A stretch of DNA of 64,000 nucleotides from Trueperaceae bacterium (lineage in GTDB: Bacteria; Deinococcota; Deinococci; Deinococcales; Trueperaceae). The DNA is taken from the NCBI GenBank assembly GCA_965213705.1, contig OZ243913.1:3616001-3680000 (forward strand), in the 5' to 3' direction. Both the position numbers and the translations under genes were made by a program. Shown here one piece after another: positions 19,562-29,704 of this stretch (positions within the stretch are counted from its first letter, which is position 1; every line of letters begins with the position of its first letter). Under the pieces are notes generated by a model. It ran no database searches, was not told the DNA's origin, and was given only the letters and a program-made list of their open reading frames with translations.

Positions 19562-19664
19562 GACACCAAAGAATGTCTCTCGGTTGGTTGAAACCCGGTT
19601 CGGATTTTCGTTGAGGCCTGTCTGATGAGGTCTACTGACGAAGCTGCACCAAGACGTGACCCCT

Positions 19665-20480
19665 TTACCCTTCTACAAACTCGAGCAACACACGGTTGAA
19701 CTGCCCTGGGTTGTCCCAGTTGAGCATGTGTCCGGCATCGTTGATAAAAACCAGCCTGGATTTCGGGATACGCTGCGCCATCATACGCGCTTGTCTGTGG
19801 GTTTGCTTGTTGAGACCCCCCACCATGACAAGCGTTGGACAGCCGATGTACTCTAAGCGTTTATAACCGTCGAACTGAGTAACCGCTTTCCACACTTCGC
19901 GGTAATTTGTGAGGTCGGCAGCGTGCTTGCCGATTTCGGCCTGGACGTAACGCTTTGCACCGGCGCTGCGTTTCCCGATTTGACCGGCAAACAGCTTCGT
20001 TTGCCAAGCTACCGGCGCAAGGTTGAACATAGGCAGCGTAATATCCGTCAAAAAAGCTTCCAAGCGCGTCGAGCGAACCCCGTAAGAGGTATCGACCAGG
20101 ACGAGTTTGGTCACGAGGTTTGGACGCTGCACCGCTAGCTGCTGAGCGACCATGCCACCCAAAGAGTGACCACAAAGAGTAGCCGGCTCGAGTTCCAAAT
20201 GTTCTAGGAGTTGCCCAACATCATCTGCAAACTTGGCGACGCTGTACGGGTAGCCTTTTCGTTCGGATTGCCCGTGGCCTCTCAGGTCAACCAACAGGTA
20301 AGACTTGCCGGTGAGTGCCTCGAGCTGAGGCTGCCATTCGCTCGAGGCGATGTAAGCACCGTGGATGAAAACGAGGGTAGGCTCCCCGTTGTCTGCGTGT
20401 TGAAAAGCAATTTTTGTGGCGTCGTCGGTTTGGAAATGAGCTGTGTTTGCAGGGGTGGCGTTTGCGAACTCAGGTTTCAT
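19665..20480 (-). CDS. Alpha/beta fold hydrolase
   Basis: FIHG, DLRGHG, GHSLGG nucleophile elbow, AGH. Confidence 0.92.
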   Translation of the reverse strand: MKPEFANATPANTAHFQTDDATKIAFQHADNGEPTLVFIHGAYIASSEWQPQLEALTGKSYLLVDLRGHGQSERKGYPYSVAKFADDVGQLLEHLELEPATLCGHSLGGMVAQQLAVQRPNLVTKLVLVDTSYGVRSTRLEAFLTDITLPMFNLAPVAWQTKLFAGQIGKRSAGAKRYVQAEIGKHAADLTNYREVWKAVTQFDGYKRLEYIGCPTLVMVGGLNKQTHRQARMMAQRIPKSRLVFINDAGHMLNWDNPGQFNRVLLEFVEG

Positions 20481-21219
20481 ACCTACCAGCCACAAAACAG
20501 AAGTCCATCTCTACCTCTTTGCTTTCGTCCGGCTCTCCCCAAACAGACGAAACCTGACGGTAAGCCTCTTCGAAAAAACTTTCTCCAAGCGCGGCCATAC
20601 ATCTTCGGGTTGATGACCAAGTGCGAAGGTAAGCAAAAAACCTGTTCAAGTCCCAGCATGTTTTCATTGGAAAAACCGGGGCCTCGATGATTTCAAAAGG
20701 TATATCTAGGTCTCGGTAGTGATTCCATAAAAGCTTGTTTTGTTCTGCCCAATAAGGTTTTACAACGTCCAAAAAGGACTTCTCAACGACTTTGTCAACC
20801 TCACTGTTTATGTTGGGCCAGCAGTACCCCCACGCCGAGAAGATGCCCCCCGGCTTCAACACTCTTTTGACCTCGCAAAAAAACTGGTCGTGTTTCATCC
20901 AGTGCAGCGCTTGGGCTACACAAACCAAGTCGAAAGAGGCTTTTGGAAAAGGTGTAGCCTCGGAGGGGCAGACGGAATAGTTTATTTTTGGATGGTCAAA
21001 GGCGTTTTTGATTTGGTTGGGGCTTACGTCCGTTGCTTGCACCTCGTCGAAATGACCAGCGAGGCTGACGGCGGCTTGTCCGTTGCCGCAGGCGCAATCC
21101 CACGCGCTTTTGGTTTTCATACACTGGCTGACGAGAAATTCAAACAGTTCTGGTGGGTAACCGAGTCGTGCTGAAGCGTAACTGTCGGACTTGTCGTTGA
21201 ACAGTTCGGTGTAGTTCAT
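20470..21219 (-). CDS. Class I SAM-dependent methyltransferase
   Basis: WDCACGNGQA, AQALHW, LKPGG. Confidence 0.9.
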   Translation of the reverse strand: MNYTELFNDKSDSYASARLGYPPELFEFLVSQCMKTKSAWDCACGNGQAAVSLAGHFDEVQATDVSPNQIKNAFDHPKINYSVCPSEATPFPKASFDLVCVAQALHWMKHDQFFCEVKRVLKPGGIFSAWGYCWPNINSEVDKVVEKSFLDVVKPYWAEQNKLLWNHYRDLDIPFEIIEAPVFPMKTCWDLNRFFAYLRTWSSTRRCMAALGESFFEEAYRQVSSVWGEPDESKEVEMDFCFVAGRYET

Positions 21220-21274
21220 GGTGAGGGGAACAGTGAGATACGGCTACCAACTGACTTTCCAAAGCCTACCTTTT

Positions 21275-22255
21275 TCACCCGCCAATAGCGACCATCGTCC
21301 GCGGCCGCTCGACGGGCGTGGTGATGCCCGACTTGACCTTGCGGTGTGCGGCGACCAAGAACATCTCTTGGATAGCCCCCACCGGGTCGGCGGCGTTCAA
21401 GGCCTCGCGGATGTCGATTTCACGGTCGGTCATGAGGCAGGGGCGCAAACGGCCGTCGCTCGTCAAGCGCATCCGGCTACACGCGCCGCAAAACGGCTCG
21501 GAAACGGGGTTGATGAAGCCGATAGCGCCTTGCCAACCGGGCACCTTGAACAACCTGGCCGGGGCCGAGGGGTCGGTCTGGACGGGCTCGAGCGCCCCGA
21601 ACGCCGCCTCGACCGTCTCTTTAATCTCTTTACCCGACACGAAGTTTTCAAAATACGCCCCCGGCTCGGCGTTGTTGAGGTGCATGTACTCGATGTAGCG
21701 CGTGTGGATGGGCCGGTCCCGCGTCAGCTCGGCGAGTTTGACGATTTGGTGCTCGTTGATGCCCCGAATCACCACCGCGTTCAGTTTGACCGGGTGCAGG
21801 CCGGCTTCCAATACGGCCTCGATGCCCGCCCACACCTGTTTGATGTCGCCGCCCTTGGTCGCCTCACGGAACACCTCCGGGTCGACGGCGTCGAGCGAGA
21901 TGTTCACGCGGTCGAGCCCGGCGTCGAGCAGCGCGGGCAGGCGGCGTTTGAGGAGGCTCGCGTTCGTCGTCACGGCCACGTCGGGGATGCCGACAATTTG
22001 TTTGGCGTGGTGAATCATTTCCGGGAGTTCTTTGCGCAGCAGCGGCTCGCCGCCGGTAAAGCGCACCGCGTCCATGCCCATCCCGGCGGCGGCGAGGACC
22101 ACGTTCGCCACGTCCTGCACCGTGACCGTCCCGAGCGGGTCGCCGTGGCCCAAACCGAGTGGGTCGCAGTAAAAGCACTTGTAGTTGCAGCGCGGCGTCA
22201 CGCTGATGCGCAAGTCTCTGACGACGCGGCCGTGCTGGTCGATGAGCGAGTTCAA
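21275..22255 (-). CDS. moaA: GTP 3',8-cyclase (molybdenum cofactor biosynthesis)
   Basis: LRISVTPRCNYKCFYC, TGGEP, FCGACSRMRLTSDG.LRPCL and C-terminal IGG. Confidence 0.95.
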   Translation of the reverse strand: MNSLIDQHGRVVRDLRISVTPRCNYKCFYCDPLGLGHGDPLGTVTVQDVANVVLAAAGMGMDAVRFTGGEPLLRKELPEMIHHAKQIVGIPDVAVTTNASLLKRRLPALLDAGLDRVNISLDAVDPEVFREATKGGDIKQVWAGIEAVLEAGLHPVKLNAVVIRGINEHQIVKLAELTRDRPIHTRYIEYMHLNNAEPGAYFENFVSGKEIKETVEAAFGALEPVQTDPSAPARLFKVPGWQGAIGFINPVSEPFCGACSRMRLTSDGRLRPCLMTDREIDIREALNAADPVGAIQEMFLVAAHRKVKSGITTPVERPRTMVAIGG

Positions 22256-22345
22256 GGTAAGACGAGTGTAGCGTAAAAACGAGGTGTTGTGTGGCTTGGG
22301 GCTGAGCGCCGGGGCTCGAGCCTCAACGCCGTTAAGATTGAGGCT

Positions 22346-23281
22346 ATGAACAGTTACCTCGTCCTGACCGACGCCGACGTTGCCGAACACCTCACCATGC
22401 CCGTGGCGGTCGAAAAGATGGAGGACGCTTTCCGAGAACTTGCGGCGGGTACGCTGGTCGCGCCACCGCGCTTTCGCGTCGAAGCGCCCAAGGGTGCCCT
22501 GGTATTCACCGCGGGGGCGGCGACGGGCGTTGAGCAAGCCATCGGTTTTCGCGTTTACGACACCTTTCCGAGTACCACATCCACCGACCAAACCCAGCTC
22601 GTCGCCGTTTTCGACTCAGAAACAGGGCGGTTCAGGGGGGTCGTCATCGGCGGGGCCATCGGCGCTGTGCGCACGGGTGCCATCGGCGGTGTGGCGGTCA
22701 AGTACATGGCGCGGCCCGGCGCGCGGGTGCTCGCCGTCGGCGCAGGTTTCCAAGCGCGAACGCAGCTTCGCGCGGCTATGGCAGTCAGGACATTCGAACA
22801 GGTTTTTATTACCAGCCGGACCCGCTTGAGCGCGAAAACTTTCCGCGATGAAGTCGTCGCCGAGTTCACCGTCCCCTGTGAGGTGACCGACGCGCAAACG
22901 GCTGTTCGAGCCGCAGACGTGGTGCTGTGCGCGACTACCAGCCGAACCCCGGTTCTCGAGACGGCTTGGCTCAAGGCAGGCGCGCACGTCAACCAGGTCG
23001 GCCCCAAAGGTCTCGGTCATTCGGAGCTTCCCGCGGACGTTGTCGACGTTGCTGCCGTCATCGCCACGGACTCGTTAGCGCAAACCAGGGCCTACCCGGA
23101 ACCTCACTTCGTTACGGACGAACGTCGTTTTGTCGGTTTGGAAAACATCGTCGTGGGGGATGAGCCGGGACGCCGGAGCGATGACGACGTTACCCTGTTT
23201 TGCTCGGTAGGTTTGGCGGGTACGGAAGTCGTGCTGGCGAATCATCTCCTGAAGCTGAAAACTGACGAAGCTAAAAAGTGA
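22346..23281 (+). CDS. Ornithine cyclodeaminase / mu-crystallin family protein
   Basis: RTGA, GAGFQA, ADVVLCAT, LFCSVGLA. Confidence 0.88.
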   Translation: MNSYLVLTDADVAEHLTMPVAVEKMEDAFRELAAGTLVAPPRFRVEAPKGALVFTAGAATGVEQAIGFRVYDTFPSTTSTDQTQLVAVFDSETGRFRGVVIGGAIGAVRTGAIGGVAVKYMARPGARVLAVGAGFQARTQLRAAMAVRTFEQVFITSRTRLSAKTFRDEVVAEFTVPCEVTDAQTAVRAADVVLCATTSRTPVLETAWLKAGAHVNQVGPKGLGHSELPADVVDVAAVIATDSLAQTRAYPEPHFVTDERRFVGLENIVVGDEPGRRSDDDVTLFCSVGLAGTEVVLANHLLKLKTDEAKK

Positions 23282-23359
23282 TTTTGTCGTACAAGTCTTT
23301 TGGCGTTACCGCGCAGGGAACGGTCGCGAGGGTTACCGTGGCCTCTTCACCCTCGAGAC

Positions 23360-23389
23360 TTGACAAATATGGGCAAATGCCTATACGTT
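23360..23389 (+). promoter_or_regulatory. Sigma70-like promoter with overlapping operator palindrome for the TA pair
   Basis: TTGACA at 23360-23365 and a TATACG/TACGTT -10 candidate. Imperfect palindrome TATGGGCA-AA-TGCCTATA overlaps the spacer. Confidence 0.55.
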
Positions 23390-23408
23390 GTTCCTAGAGG
23401 GTAACGCT

Positions 23409-23768
23409 GTGGCAATCGAAAAGCCGGTTATTTGGGTTCGCTCTTCACTGGAGGATTTGAAGGCTTTACCCCAAAAGCCCAGACGCGACATAGGGTTTGC
23501 CCTGTCTGAAGTGCAAGAAGGTGGGTATCCAGACAATGCCAAGCCGCTGCAAGGATTCAGTGGCGTCTACGAAATTCGCACCGATTTCGGTAGCAGTACC
23601 TACCGAGCGGCTTACGTCGTGAATCTTGGCGAGAACATCTACGTGCTTCATGTCTTTCAGAAAAAGTCAAAACGCGGTGCGGAGACGCCGAAGGTCGATA
23701 TAGAGAAAATACGCAAGCGCCTAAAGCGCGCTCAGGAACTTGCAAAGGAGTTGGAAAATGACGACTAA
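23409..23768 (+). CDS. RelE/ParE (Gp49/HigB-like) toxin
   Basis: AKPLQGFSGVYEIR...YRAAY...IYVLHVFQKKSKRG. Confidence 0.9.
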   Translation: MAIEKPVIWVRSSLEDLKALPQKPRRDIGFALSEVQEGGYPDNAKPLQGFSGVYEIRTDFGSSTYRAAYVVNLGENIYVLHVFQKKSKRGAETPKVDIEKIRKRLKRAQELAKELENDD

Positions 23769-24093
23769 AAAAGACTTCACCCTCGGCAGCGGCAACGTGT
23801 TTGCCGACCTCGACTTGCCCGACCCCGAGGAATTGCAACTCAAAACAAAGCTCACTTTGCTGATTAAACGCATTATTCAGCAGCGTGGCTGGACCCAACA
23901 ACAAGTTGCCGACGCCTTGGGCATCAAGCAACCCGACGTGTCTGAACTCAGCCGAGGCCGGCGTCTCGAGCATTATTCGGTAGAGCGGCTGATGAATTTT
24001 TTAAGTAAGCTCGAGCAGAAAGTGACGATTACCGTCAGCAGCGATGAACTGCCGCTGGAAGAGATTGTCCTTGCTGCTCAGGCAACAAGATGA
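23758..24093 (+). CDS. XRE/HTH antitoxin (HigA-like)
   Basis: GSGNVFADL.LPD.EEL..K, TQQQVADALGIKQPDVS, SVERL. Confidence 0.9.
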   Translation: MTTKKDFTLGSGNVFADLDLPDPEELQLKTKLTLLIKRIIQQRGWTQQQVADALGIKQPDVSELSRGRRLEHYSVERLMNFLSKLEQKVTITVSSDELPLEEIVLAAQATR

Positions 24094-24108
24094 GTTTGCA
24101 TTGAACCG

Positions 24109-24374
24109 TCACGGCTTCGGCCCTTGCCCAGCGTGCCAGCCCCCCGCCCGCCCCCCGCGCCAAAAACGTTCGCCGCTGGAAGAATGAGTGTTGGGGTAAG
24201 TCCGCAGCGCTCCGACGACCTCTTCTAAAGGAATCCGGTAAGCGAAGCGGGTTTCAAGTACCACAGCTCGAGGCCAGTGTGCAGTGCCTCGGCGTCCTCC
24301 AACGCCACCCCGAGCCGCAGCGCGTAAGTCAGCGCCCGGTTTATGGCGAGGTCGAAAAGGGCGTCTCGAGGCAT
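24109..24374 (-). pseudogene. Frameshifted small hypothetical protein
   Basis: MPRDALFDLAINRAL...LELWYLK joins TRFAYRIPLEEVVGALRTYP...GGWH if one A is added to the run at 24252-24254. Confidence 0.55.
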
Positions 24375-24452
24375 TTCAGGTTAAAGGTAGGCCGAGAGTA
24401 GACGAACGCAGTTGAGATTTGAAACTCGGTACTTTCCGCTCGGTACTTTTTC

Positions 24453-25541
24453 TCAATTCCTTGTCATAACCTCATAGCCGATATTGGTCAACACCTGAAC
24501 CGCCCGCTTGAGTTGCGACTCGCTATCAAAGGCGAGCCGCACCGCGCCGCCGGTTTCACGGATGCCCAACACTTCGATGTCGTTGATGTTGATGTCCGCG
24601 CCGCCGAGCGCGCCGGTCATCTTGGCGAGTTCGCCGGGTTTGTCCGGCACGCCGACGACGATTTCATAGCGGGCGGGCAGCAAACTGCGCTTGACGATGG
24701 GGAAGCTGTCGCGGGTGCGCTTGGCGGCCTCGGCGCTCTCGAGCAGCTTTTCGGGGTCGTCAAGCGTTTCGGTGAGGTGCCCTAACTGCCGTTTCAGCGC
24801 TTCAAGCGCCTCGTGAATCGCCTCACGGTTGCCGAGCACCATGTCGCGGCTCATCGTCGGATTGCCCGAGGCGATGCGGGTGAGGTCGCGGTAGCCGCCT
24901 GCGGCGAGGAGCATCATCAGCTCTTTGTCCTCGTCCTCGGCAATCATTTGAGTGAGGGCGACGGCGGCGAGGTAGGGCACGTGGCTCACCGCGGCGACGA
25001 GCCGGTCGTGCTGCTCGGGGCGCACCTTGAGGGGTTTCGCGCCCAGGTGCGTGACGAACTCGCGTACCAATGCAAGCGCGGCGGGGTCGGTATTCTCACC
25101 CGGCGTCAGGGCCCAAACGGCGTTTTCCAGCAGCGCCGCCGAAGCGTTCTGCACGCCGCTCTTCTCGCTCCCCGCCATCGGGTGGCCGCCGACGAACCGC
25201 AAGTGGGACAGCGCGCGCACCACTTCGCCCTTGACGCTGCCCACGTCGGTCACAACCGTGTGACGGCCCAAAAAGGGCTCGAGGCTTTGCGCCAACGGCA
25301 CAATCGCCTTGGCGGGCGTTGCCAGGATGACGAGGTCGGCCGTTTGCAGCCACTCGCCCGGCGACAGCTTGGCCTCGTCGATGACGCCCATGCCCTGTGC
25401 GGCCTCGAGGGCTGCGGGATTCTGGTCCAGCCCGACGACGCGCTCGGCCAAAAAGCGCTGGCGCACGCCCAAGCCGACCGAGCCGCCGATGAGTCCGACG
25501 CCCGCGATGACGACGGTACTGAGCAACGGCGCGGGGTGCAT
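24453..25541 (-). CDS. tyrA: Prephenate dehydrogenase with C-terminal ACT domain
   Basis: GVGLIGGS, TDVGSVK, GGHPMAGSE, HD..VA.VSH.P, and ACT motif VPDKPGEL. Confidence 0.93.
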   Translation of the reverse strand: MHPAPLLSTVVIAGVGLIGGSVGLGVRQRFLAERVVGLDQNPAALEAAQGMGVIDEAKLSPGEWLQTADLVILATPAKAIVPLAQSLEPFLGRHTVVTDVGSVKGEVVRALSHLRFVGGHPMAGSEKSGVQNASAALLENAVWALTPGENTDPAALALVREFVTHLGAKPLKVRPEQHDRLVAAVSHVPYLAAVALTQMIAEDEDKELMMLLAAGGYRDLTRIASGNPTMSRDMVLGNREAIHEALEALKRQLGHLTETLDDPEKLLESAEAAKRTRDSFPIVKRSLLPARYEIVVGVPDKPGELAKMTGALGGADININDIEVLGIRETGGAVRLAFDSESQLKRAVQVLTNIGYEVMTRN

Positions 25542-25637
25542 AGGGACAAGTTGTATCACATCTGGAGTTTTTCGTTTTTGGTTACTCGTACTTCGTTTTT
25601 ACGAACTGCGAAGCGCGAGTAACGAACGACCTTTCCT

Positions 25638-26393
25638 TCAAACGTGGACGGGCTCGAGCCCCCGCACCTTCCCCTTCACCGCGTCCATAAACACCCTGAA
25701 CGGCGCGATTTGCTCGTCATAGCGGGCGAAACTCATTTCCGGGTGCCACTGGACGGCCAGGACGAAGGTCCGGCCCGTGCCTTCCGCGGCCTCGACGATG
25801 CCGTCTTGCGCCCAACCGGTCGCCCGCAACCCGTCGCCGAGGGCGTCAATCGCTTGGTGATGGTACGAGTTGGTGCGAATCGTCGTTGCGCCGTAGCTTT
25901 GCTCGAGCAGCGAGCCGGGCTCGAGCCTCACCTCGTGAAACAAGGTGCCGTCGATGTTGCGCTGGCCGTGCTGCACGGTGTCCGGCAGGGCGGGCAGGTG
26001 CTGGTGCAGCGTGCCGCCCTCGGCGACGTTGACGAGTTGGATGCCGCGGCAGATGCCCAAAACGGGGACGCCCTTGCGCTTCGCCGCCTTGTAAAGCGCC
26101 AGCTCGAACAGGTCACGCGCTTCGTCGACAATGCCCAAACTCTGCTGCGGCGTCTGCCCGAAAAAGTGCGGACTCACGTCCTCGCCGCCGCTCAGCAGCA
26201 AACCGTCTACGCTTTCGACAAAGTCGTCGGCAAGCTCGGGCGCGAGGTTGGTGGTAAACAGCGGCAGGCCGCCGCACTGCACGACGGCCTCGGCATAGTT
26301 GACGCCGCCTACCGCGTCCAAACGCCGCAAACCCTCGAGCCGCATCCGGGTCGCCGTGGTGATGAGAATACGCGGTTTGAAGGATGATTTCAT
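25638..26393 (-). CDS. Gamma-glutamyl-gamma-aminobutyrate hydrolase family (peptidase C26)
   Basis: LLSGGED, LGICRG.Q, NSYHHQA, VQWHPE. Confidence 0.92.
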   Translation of the reverse strand: MKSSFKPRILITTATRMRLEGLRRLDAVGGVNYAEAVVQCGGLPLFTTNLAPELADDFVESVDGLLLSGGEDVSPHFFGQTPQQSLGIVDEARDLFELALYKAAKRKGVPVLGICRGIQLVNVAEGGTLHQHLPALPDTVQHGQRNIDGTLFHEVRLEPGSLLEQSYGATTIRTNSYHHQAIDALGDGLRATGWAQDGIVEAAEGTGRTFVLAVQWHPEMSFARYDEQIAPFRVFMDAVKGKVRGLEPVHV

Positions 26394-26492
26394 GCGGCTG
26401 AGCATAGCAGAAAAGCGCCGAGCCTTAGGGTCAGATTTGACGCAGTCCAGCTCTTCTACTCGGTACTTTCCACTCGGTCCTCGGTACTGCCC

Positions 26493-26960
26493 TCAAGCGT
26501 TCGGCCCGAGCAGGTGCTCCAAGCAGGGTTCGTAGGTGACGCCCTGCCGAAAATCTTCAGCCAGGTCTGCCACGGTGACTTCGGCTAGGACCTCGAGCAG
26601 GGCGTCGCGCACCCGCAGCCAGACGCTGTTGCGGGCGTGGCAGCGCCGCTCGACGACACAAGCTTTATGCCAGTTGAGGCTCACGCACGACAGCGGCGCG
26701 ACGGGGCCGTCGATGGCCCGCATCACGTCGCGCAAGCTGATTTCGTGCGCGGGCCGCGCCAGCGCGTAACCGCCGCCGGTGCCTTTTTTGGAAATGACGA
26801 TGTCGCTTGCGCACAGCGTCGCTAAAATCCGCACGAGGTAGGGCCGCGCCACGTTCACGGCCTCGCTGATGGCGTCGCTGCCGGTCCAGCGGTTGATGGG
26901 CACGGTGCCCAGGTAGCCGAGCGCCTGGAACGCGTAAATATCCGTCGCTGAAAGCCGCAT
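26493..26960 (-). CDS. Rrf2 family transcriptional regulator
   Basis: [12 protein letters not shown]...ISL.DV.RAIDG, with Cys residues compatible with Fe-S binding. Confidence 0.92.
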   Translation of the reverse strand: MRLSATDIYAFQALGYLGTVPINRWTGSDAISEAVNVARPYLVRILATLCASDIVISKKGTGGGYALARPAHEISLRDVMRAIDGPVAPLSCVSLNWHKACVVERRCHARNSVWLRVRDALLEVLAEVTVADLAEDFRQGVTYEPCLEHLLGPNA

Positions 26961-27135
26961 AGGAAAGTATACCAAGCCCAAGACCGAGGCTCGAGCCTGA
27001 ACTTTGGAGGGCGCGAACTCTCACGCCTCGCCGTATTCAAACCCCTACTTTCCACTTTTAACTCGGTACTTTCGGTTCTGACCGAATCTTGCCGACGTCT
27101 GCGCATCCTGAATCGTCGAGTGTCGTCCTGAGTCG

Positions 27136-27738
27136 TTAAGTATCGTCCCACTCGTATTCCATACGCCGCGCCGTCCACTCGGCCGTGTTTTGTCCGTGCA
27201 GCTTGGCGACGACGTGGAGCGCCATGTCGATGCCCGCCGAAACCCCCGCCGAGGTGACGATGCGCCCTTCGTCTACAAAACGGGTGTTCTCGAGCATCGC
27301 TACTTGTGGATACGTTTCGCGCATGAAGTCGATGCTGCCCCAATGCGTGGCGGCGCGTTTACCGTCCAGCAAACCCTTTTCAGCAAGTAAAAACGCACCC
27401 GTGCAAACGCTCAAGGTAAGTTCGGTGTGGGCGTCCTGCGCCTCAATCCAGGCCAACAGCGTTTGGTTGTGCCGCTCACGCCGTGTACCGCGACCGCCGG
27501 GCACGACGATGACGTCGAACTGCGGCGCGTTTTCAAACGTGTAGTGGGGTTTGACGAGCAACCCGCCGCGACAGGCAACCGTTTCGTCCTGTTCCGCCAC
27601 CGTGAAAACTTGAAAAAGCCGCGCCGTGTCGTCGTCCGTACCTTCCGGTCGGGCGACCGAAAAGACTTCGAAGGGGCCGCAGAAGTCGAGGACTTCGACT
27701 TCGTCAAAAATAAGAATGCCGACGCTGCGCGGGGTCAT
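27136..27738 (-). CDS. DJ-1/PfpI family protein
   Basis: EVLDFCGPFEVF, VPGG, SVCTGA, TSAGVSAGIDM. Confidence 0.92.
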   Translation of the reverse strand: MTPRSVGILIFDEVEVLDFCGPFEVFSVARPEGTDDDTARLFQVFTVAEQDETVACRGGLLVKPHYTFENAPQFDVIVVPGGRGTRRERHNQTLLAWIEAQDAHTELTLSVCTGAFLLAEKGLLDGKRAATHWGSIDFMRETYPQVAMLENTRFVDEGRIVTSAGVSAGIDMALHVVAKLHGQNTAEWTARRMEYEWDDT

Positions 27739-27797
27739 AGCGGCAGTATAACTGTTGGTAGCGAACTGCTGACAGCCTGGTTTTCACAACACCACGC

Positions 27798-28124
27798 TTA
27801 AAGAAATGCAGCGGCAAAAGCGGCCAGGACGAGTACCACGGCCCAATACTCCATTTTGACCCAGAAGAGCGCGTGGTGAGGCCGCACGACGAACTCTTCG
27901 CCGGTCGCCTTGTCGACCAACCTGCGACCCGGTTTGCCGTTGAGGTAGCGGCCCAAAAACCAAACCACCGCGGCCGCGCTCAGGAGGGCGGCGGCTTGCA
28001 GTGACGAGTGCGCCGTGTAAAAACCCTCTACCCCCGTCACGGCGTCGGCGACGGCCTGGGTAAGCAGAAGAATTGCAAAAGCGATGACGGGGACTAAAAT
28101 GCCCAAGCCGTTCCAGACGATCAT
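27798..28124 (-). CDS. Hypothetical membrane protein
   Basis: MIVWNGLGILV...H.LFWVKMEYW, with hydrophobic segments and a GGAGG SD. Confidence 0.75.
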   Translation of the reverse strand: MIVWNGLGILVPVIAFAILLLTQAVADAVTGVEGFYTAHSSLQAAALLSAAAVVWFLGRYLNGKPGRRLVDKATGEEFVVRPHHALFWVKMEYWAVVLVLAAFAAAFL

Positions 28125-28162
28125 GACAGTCCTCCAGGTTTAACTACCTTACGCACAGCCGC

Positions 28163-28360
28163 TCAGTTCAGCAGGCGTTCAGGCGTCAGGTTGAGCGGCG
28201 CTTCCTCGTCGGTTTCCAAGTAGAGGTAGTCGTCGATGGCCTCGAGCAACTCGCGCAGCCGCGGGTCGTCGACGAGGGCGTCGCAAAGTGCGAGTTGTTC
28301 CGCCGCCGTGAGCGCGGCCAGTTCGTCGATAAGGTCTTTTAGAGTAAGCCGCTTCGGCAC
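28163..28360 (-). CDS. Small acidic hypothetical protein
   Basis: Helical protein-like ORF. TACACT box just upstream of the GTG. Confidence 0.55.
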   Translation of the reverse strand: MPKRLTLKDLIDELAALTAAEQLALCDALVDDPRLRELLEAIDDYLYLETDEEAPLNLTPERLLN

Positions 28361-28470
28361 AGTCAAGTGTACTCGTTTTGGGTGCAGGTGCCGGCGTTTT
28401 CTAGCAAACCTCGAGTGCGGCTCCTCGGAGGATGTGTCATACTTAGCCCCGACGTTCTAGGGAGGTCGCT

Positions 28471-29694
28471 ATGCCGGGCATCGCCATCATCGGCGCGCAG
28501 TGGGGAGACGAGGGCAAGGGAAAAGTGGTCGACGCGCTCGCGGGTGAGGCGGACCTTGTAGTGCGCTACTCGGGCGGGGCCAACGCGGGCCACACGGTCG
28601 TCGCCGGGGAAGAGGTATTCAAACTCCACCATTTACCTTGTGGCGTGCTGCACGAGCGCGCCGTCTCAGTCTTGGGCGGCGGCATGGTGGTGGACCCGTG
28701 GACGTTTCGAGACGAGTACACCGGCATGGCGGCCCGCCGCGACGTGGGCGAGGTGTATATTTCCCACGAGGCGCACGTGGTGTTGCCACATCACAAGAAA
28801 AACGACGAGGGCGGCGGTTTCGTCGGCACCACCGGGCGCGGAATAGGCCCGTGTTACTCGGACAAGGCGCGGCGCATCGGCTTGCGCTACGGTGACTTTT
28901 TAGACGAGGCGGTGCTGCGTGAACGGTTGGAGCGGTTGCTCGAGGCCAAACCGAACTCGACCGCGCGCGTCGGCTGGACGGACGTAGACACGGCTTTTGA
29001 AGCTTTGGCGGAGGTGCGCGACTTCGTCCTCCCCTTCGTCTGCGATACCGGCGAACTGGTCAGGAACGCCATCCAGCACAATAAAAAAGTGCTATTCGAG
29101 GGCGGGCAGGGCACGATGCTCGACCTCAGCTACGGCACCTACCCGTTCGTGACGAGTTCGCACCCGACCGTCGGCGGCATTTTGGTGGGCGCGGGCGTGA
29201 GCCACAAGGCGCTCGGCGGCGTCTACGGCGTGGTTAAAGCGTTCACCAGCCGGGTGGGCCACGGCCCCTTCGTAACCGAACTGGACGGCGACATGGCGCT
29301 GCGCTTGCGCGGCACGGGCGACAAAATCGGCGACGAGTACGGCACCACCACCGGGCGACCGCGCCGGGTGGGTTGGCTCGACTTGGTTCAACTCAAGTAC
29401 GCCTGCGACATAAACGGTTTCGACGGCCTCGTAGTGACCAAGCTCGACATTTTGGCCGGTCTGGACGAGGTCAAGGTTTGCGTCGCCTATGAGGACGGAC
29501 CGGTGTACGAGTCGCTGCTCGGTTGGGGCAACCTGGCCGGACTGGGCCACCGTAAGGCCCTGCCGAAAGAAGTCATCGCTTATTTGGAACTCATCGAAGC
29601 CTTTACCGGCGTACCGGTGAGCATGTTTTCCACTAGTCCCCACCGTACCGATACCTACGGTGAGGTCGCCTGGAGCCAAGCTGTAGCGGTATGA
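28471..29694 (+). CDS. purA: Adenylosuccinate synthetase
   Basis: GAQWGDEGKGK, GGANAGHT, GTTGRGIGP, GTTTGRPRR. Confidence 0.97.
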   Translation: MPGIAIIGAQWGDEGKGKVVDALAGEADLVVRYSGGANAGHTVVAGEEVFKLHHLPCGVLHERAVSVLGGGMVVDPWTFRDEYTGMAARRDVGEVYISHEAHVVLPHHKKNDEGGGFVGTTGRGIGPCYSDKARRIGLRYGDFLDEAVLRERLERLLEAKPNSTARVGWTDVDTAFEALAEVRDFVLPFVCDTGELVRNAIQHNKKVLFEGGQGTMLDLSYGTYPFVTSSHPTVGGILVGAGVSHKALGGVYGVVKAFTSRVGHGPFVTELDGDMALRLRGTGDKIGDEYGTTTGRPRRVGWLDLVQLKYACDINGFDGLVVTKLDILAGLDEVKVCVAYEDGPVYESLLGWGNLAGLGHRKALPKEVIAYLELIEAFTGVPVSMFSTSPHRTDTYGEVAWSQAVAV

Positions 29695-29704
29695 GCGTTT
29701 CCCC

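Noticed and set aside
21275..22255. Second radical SAM gene as part of the RiPP system
   Set aside because: It has clear MoaA motifs and the C-terminal GG, and lies about 15 kb away.
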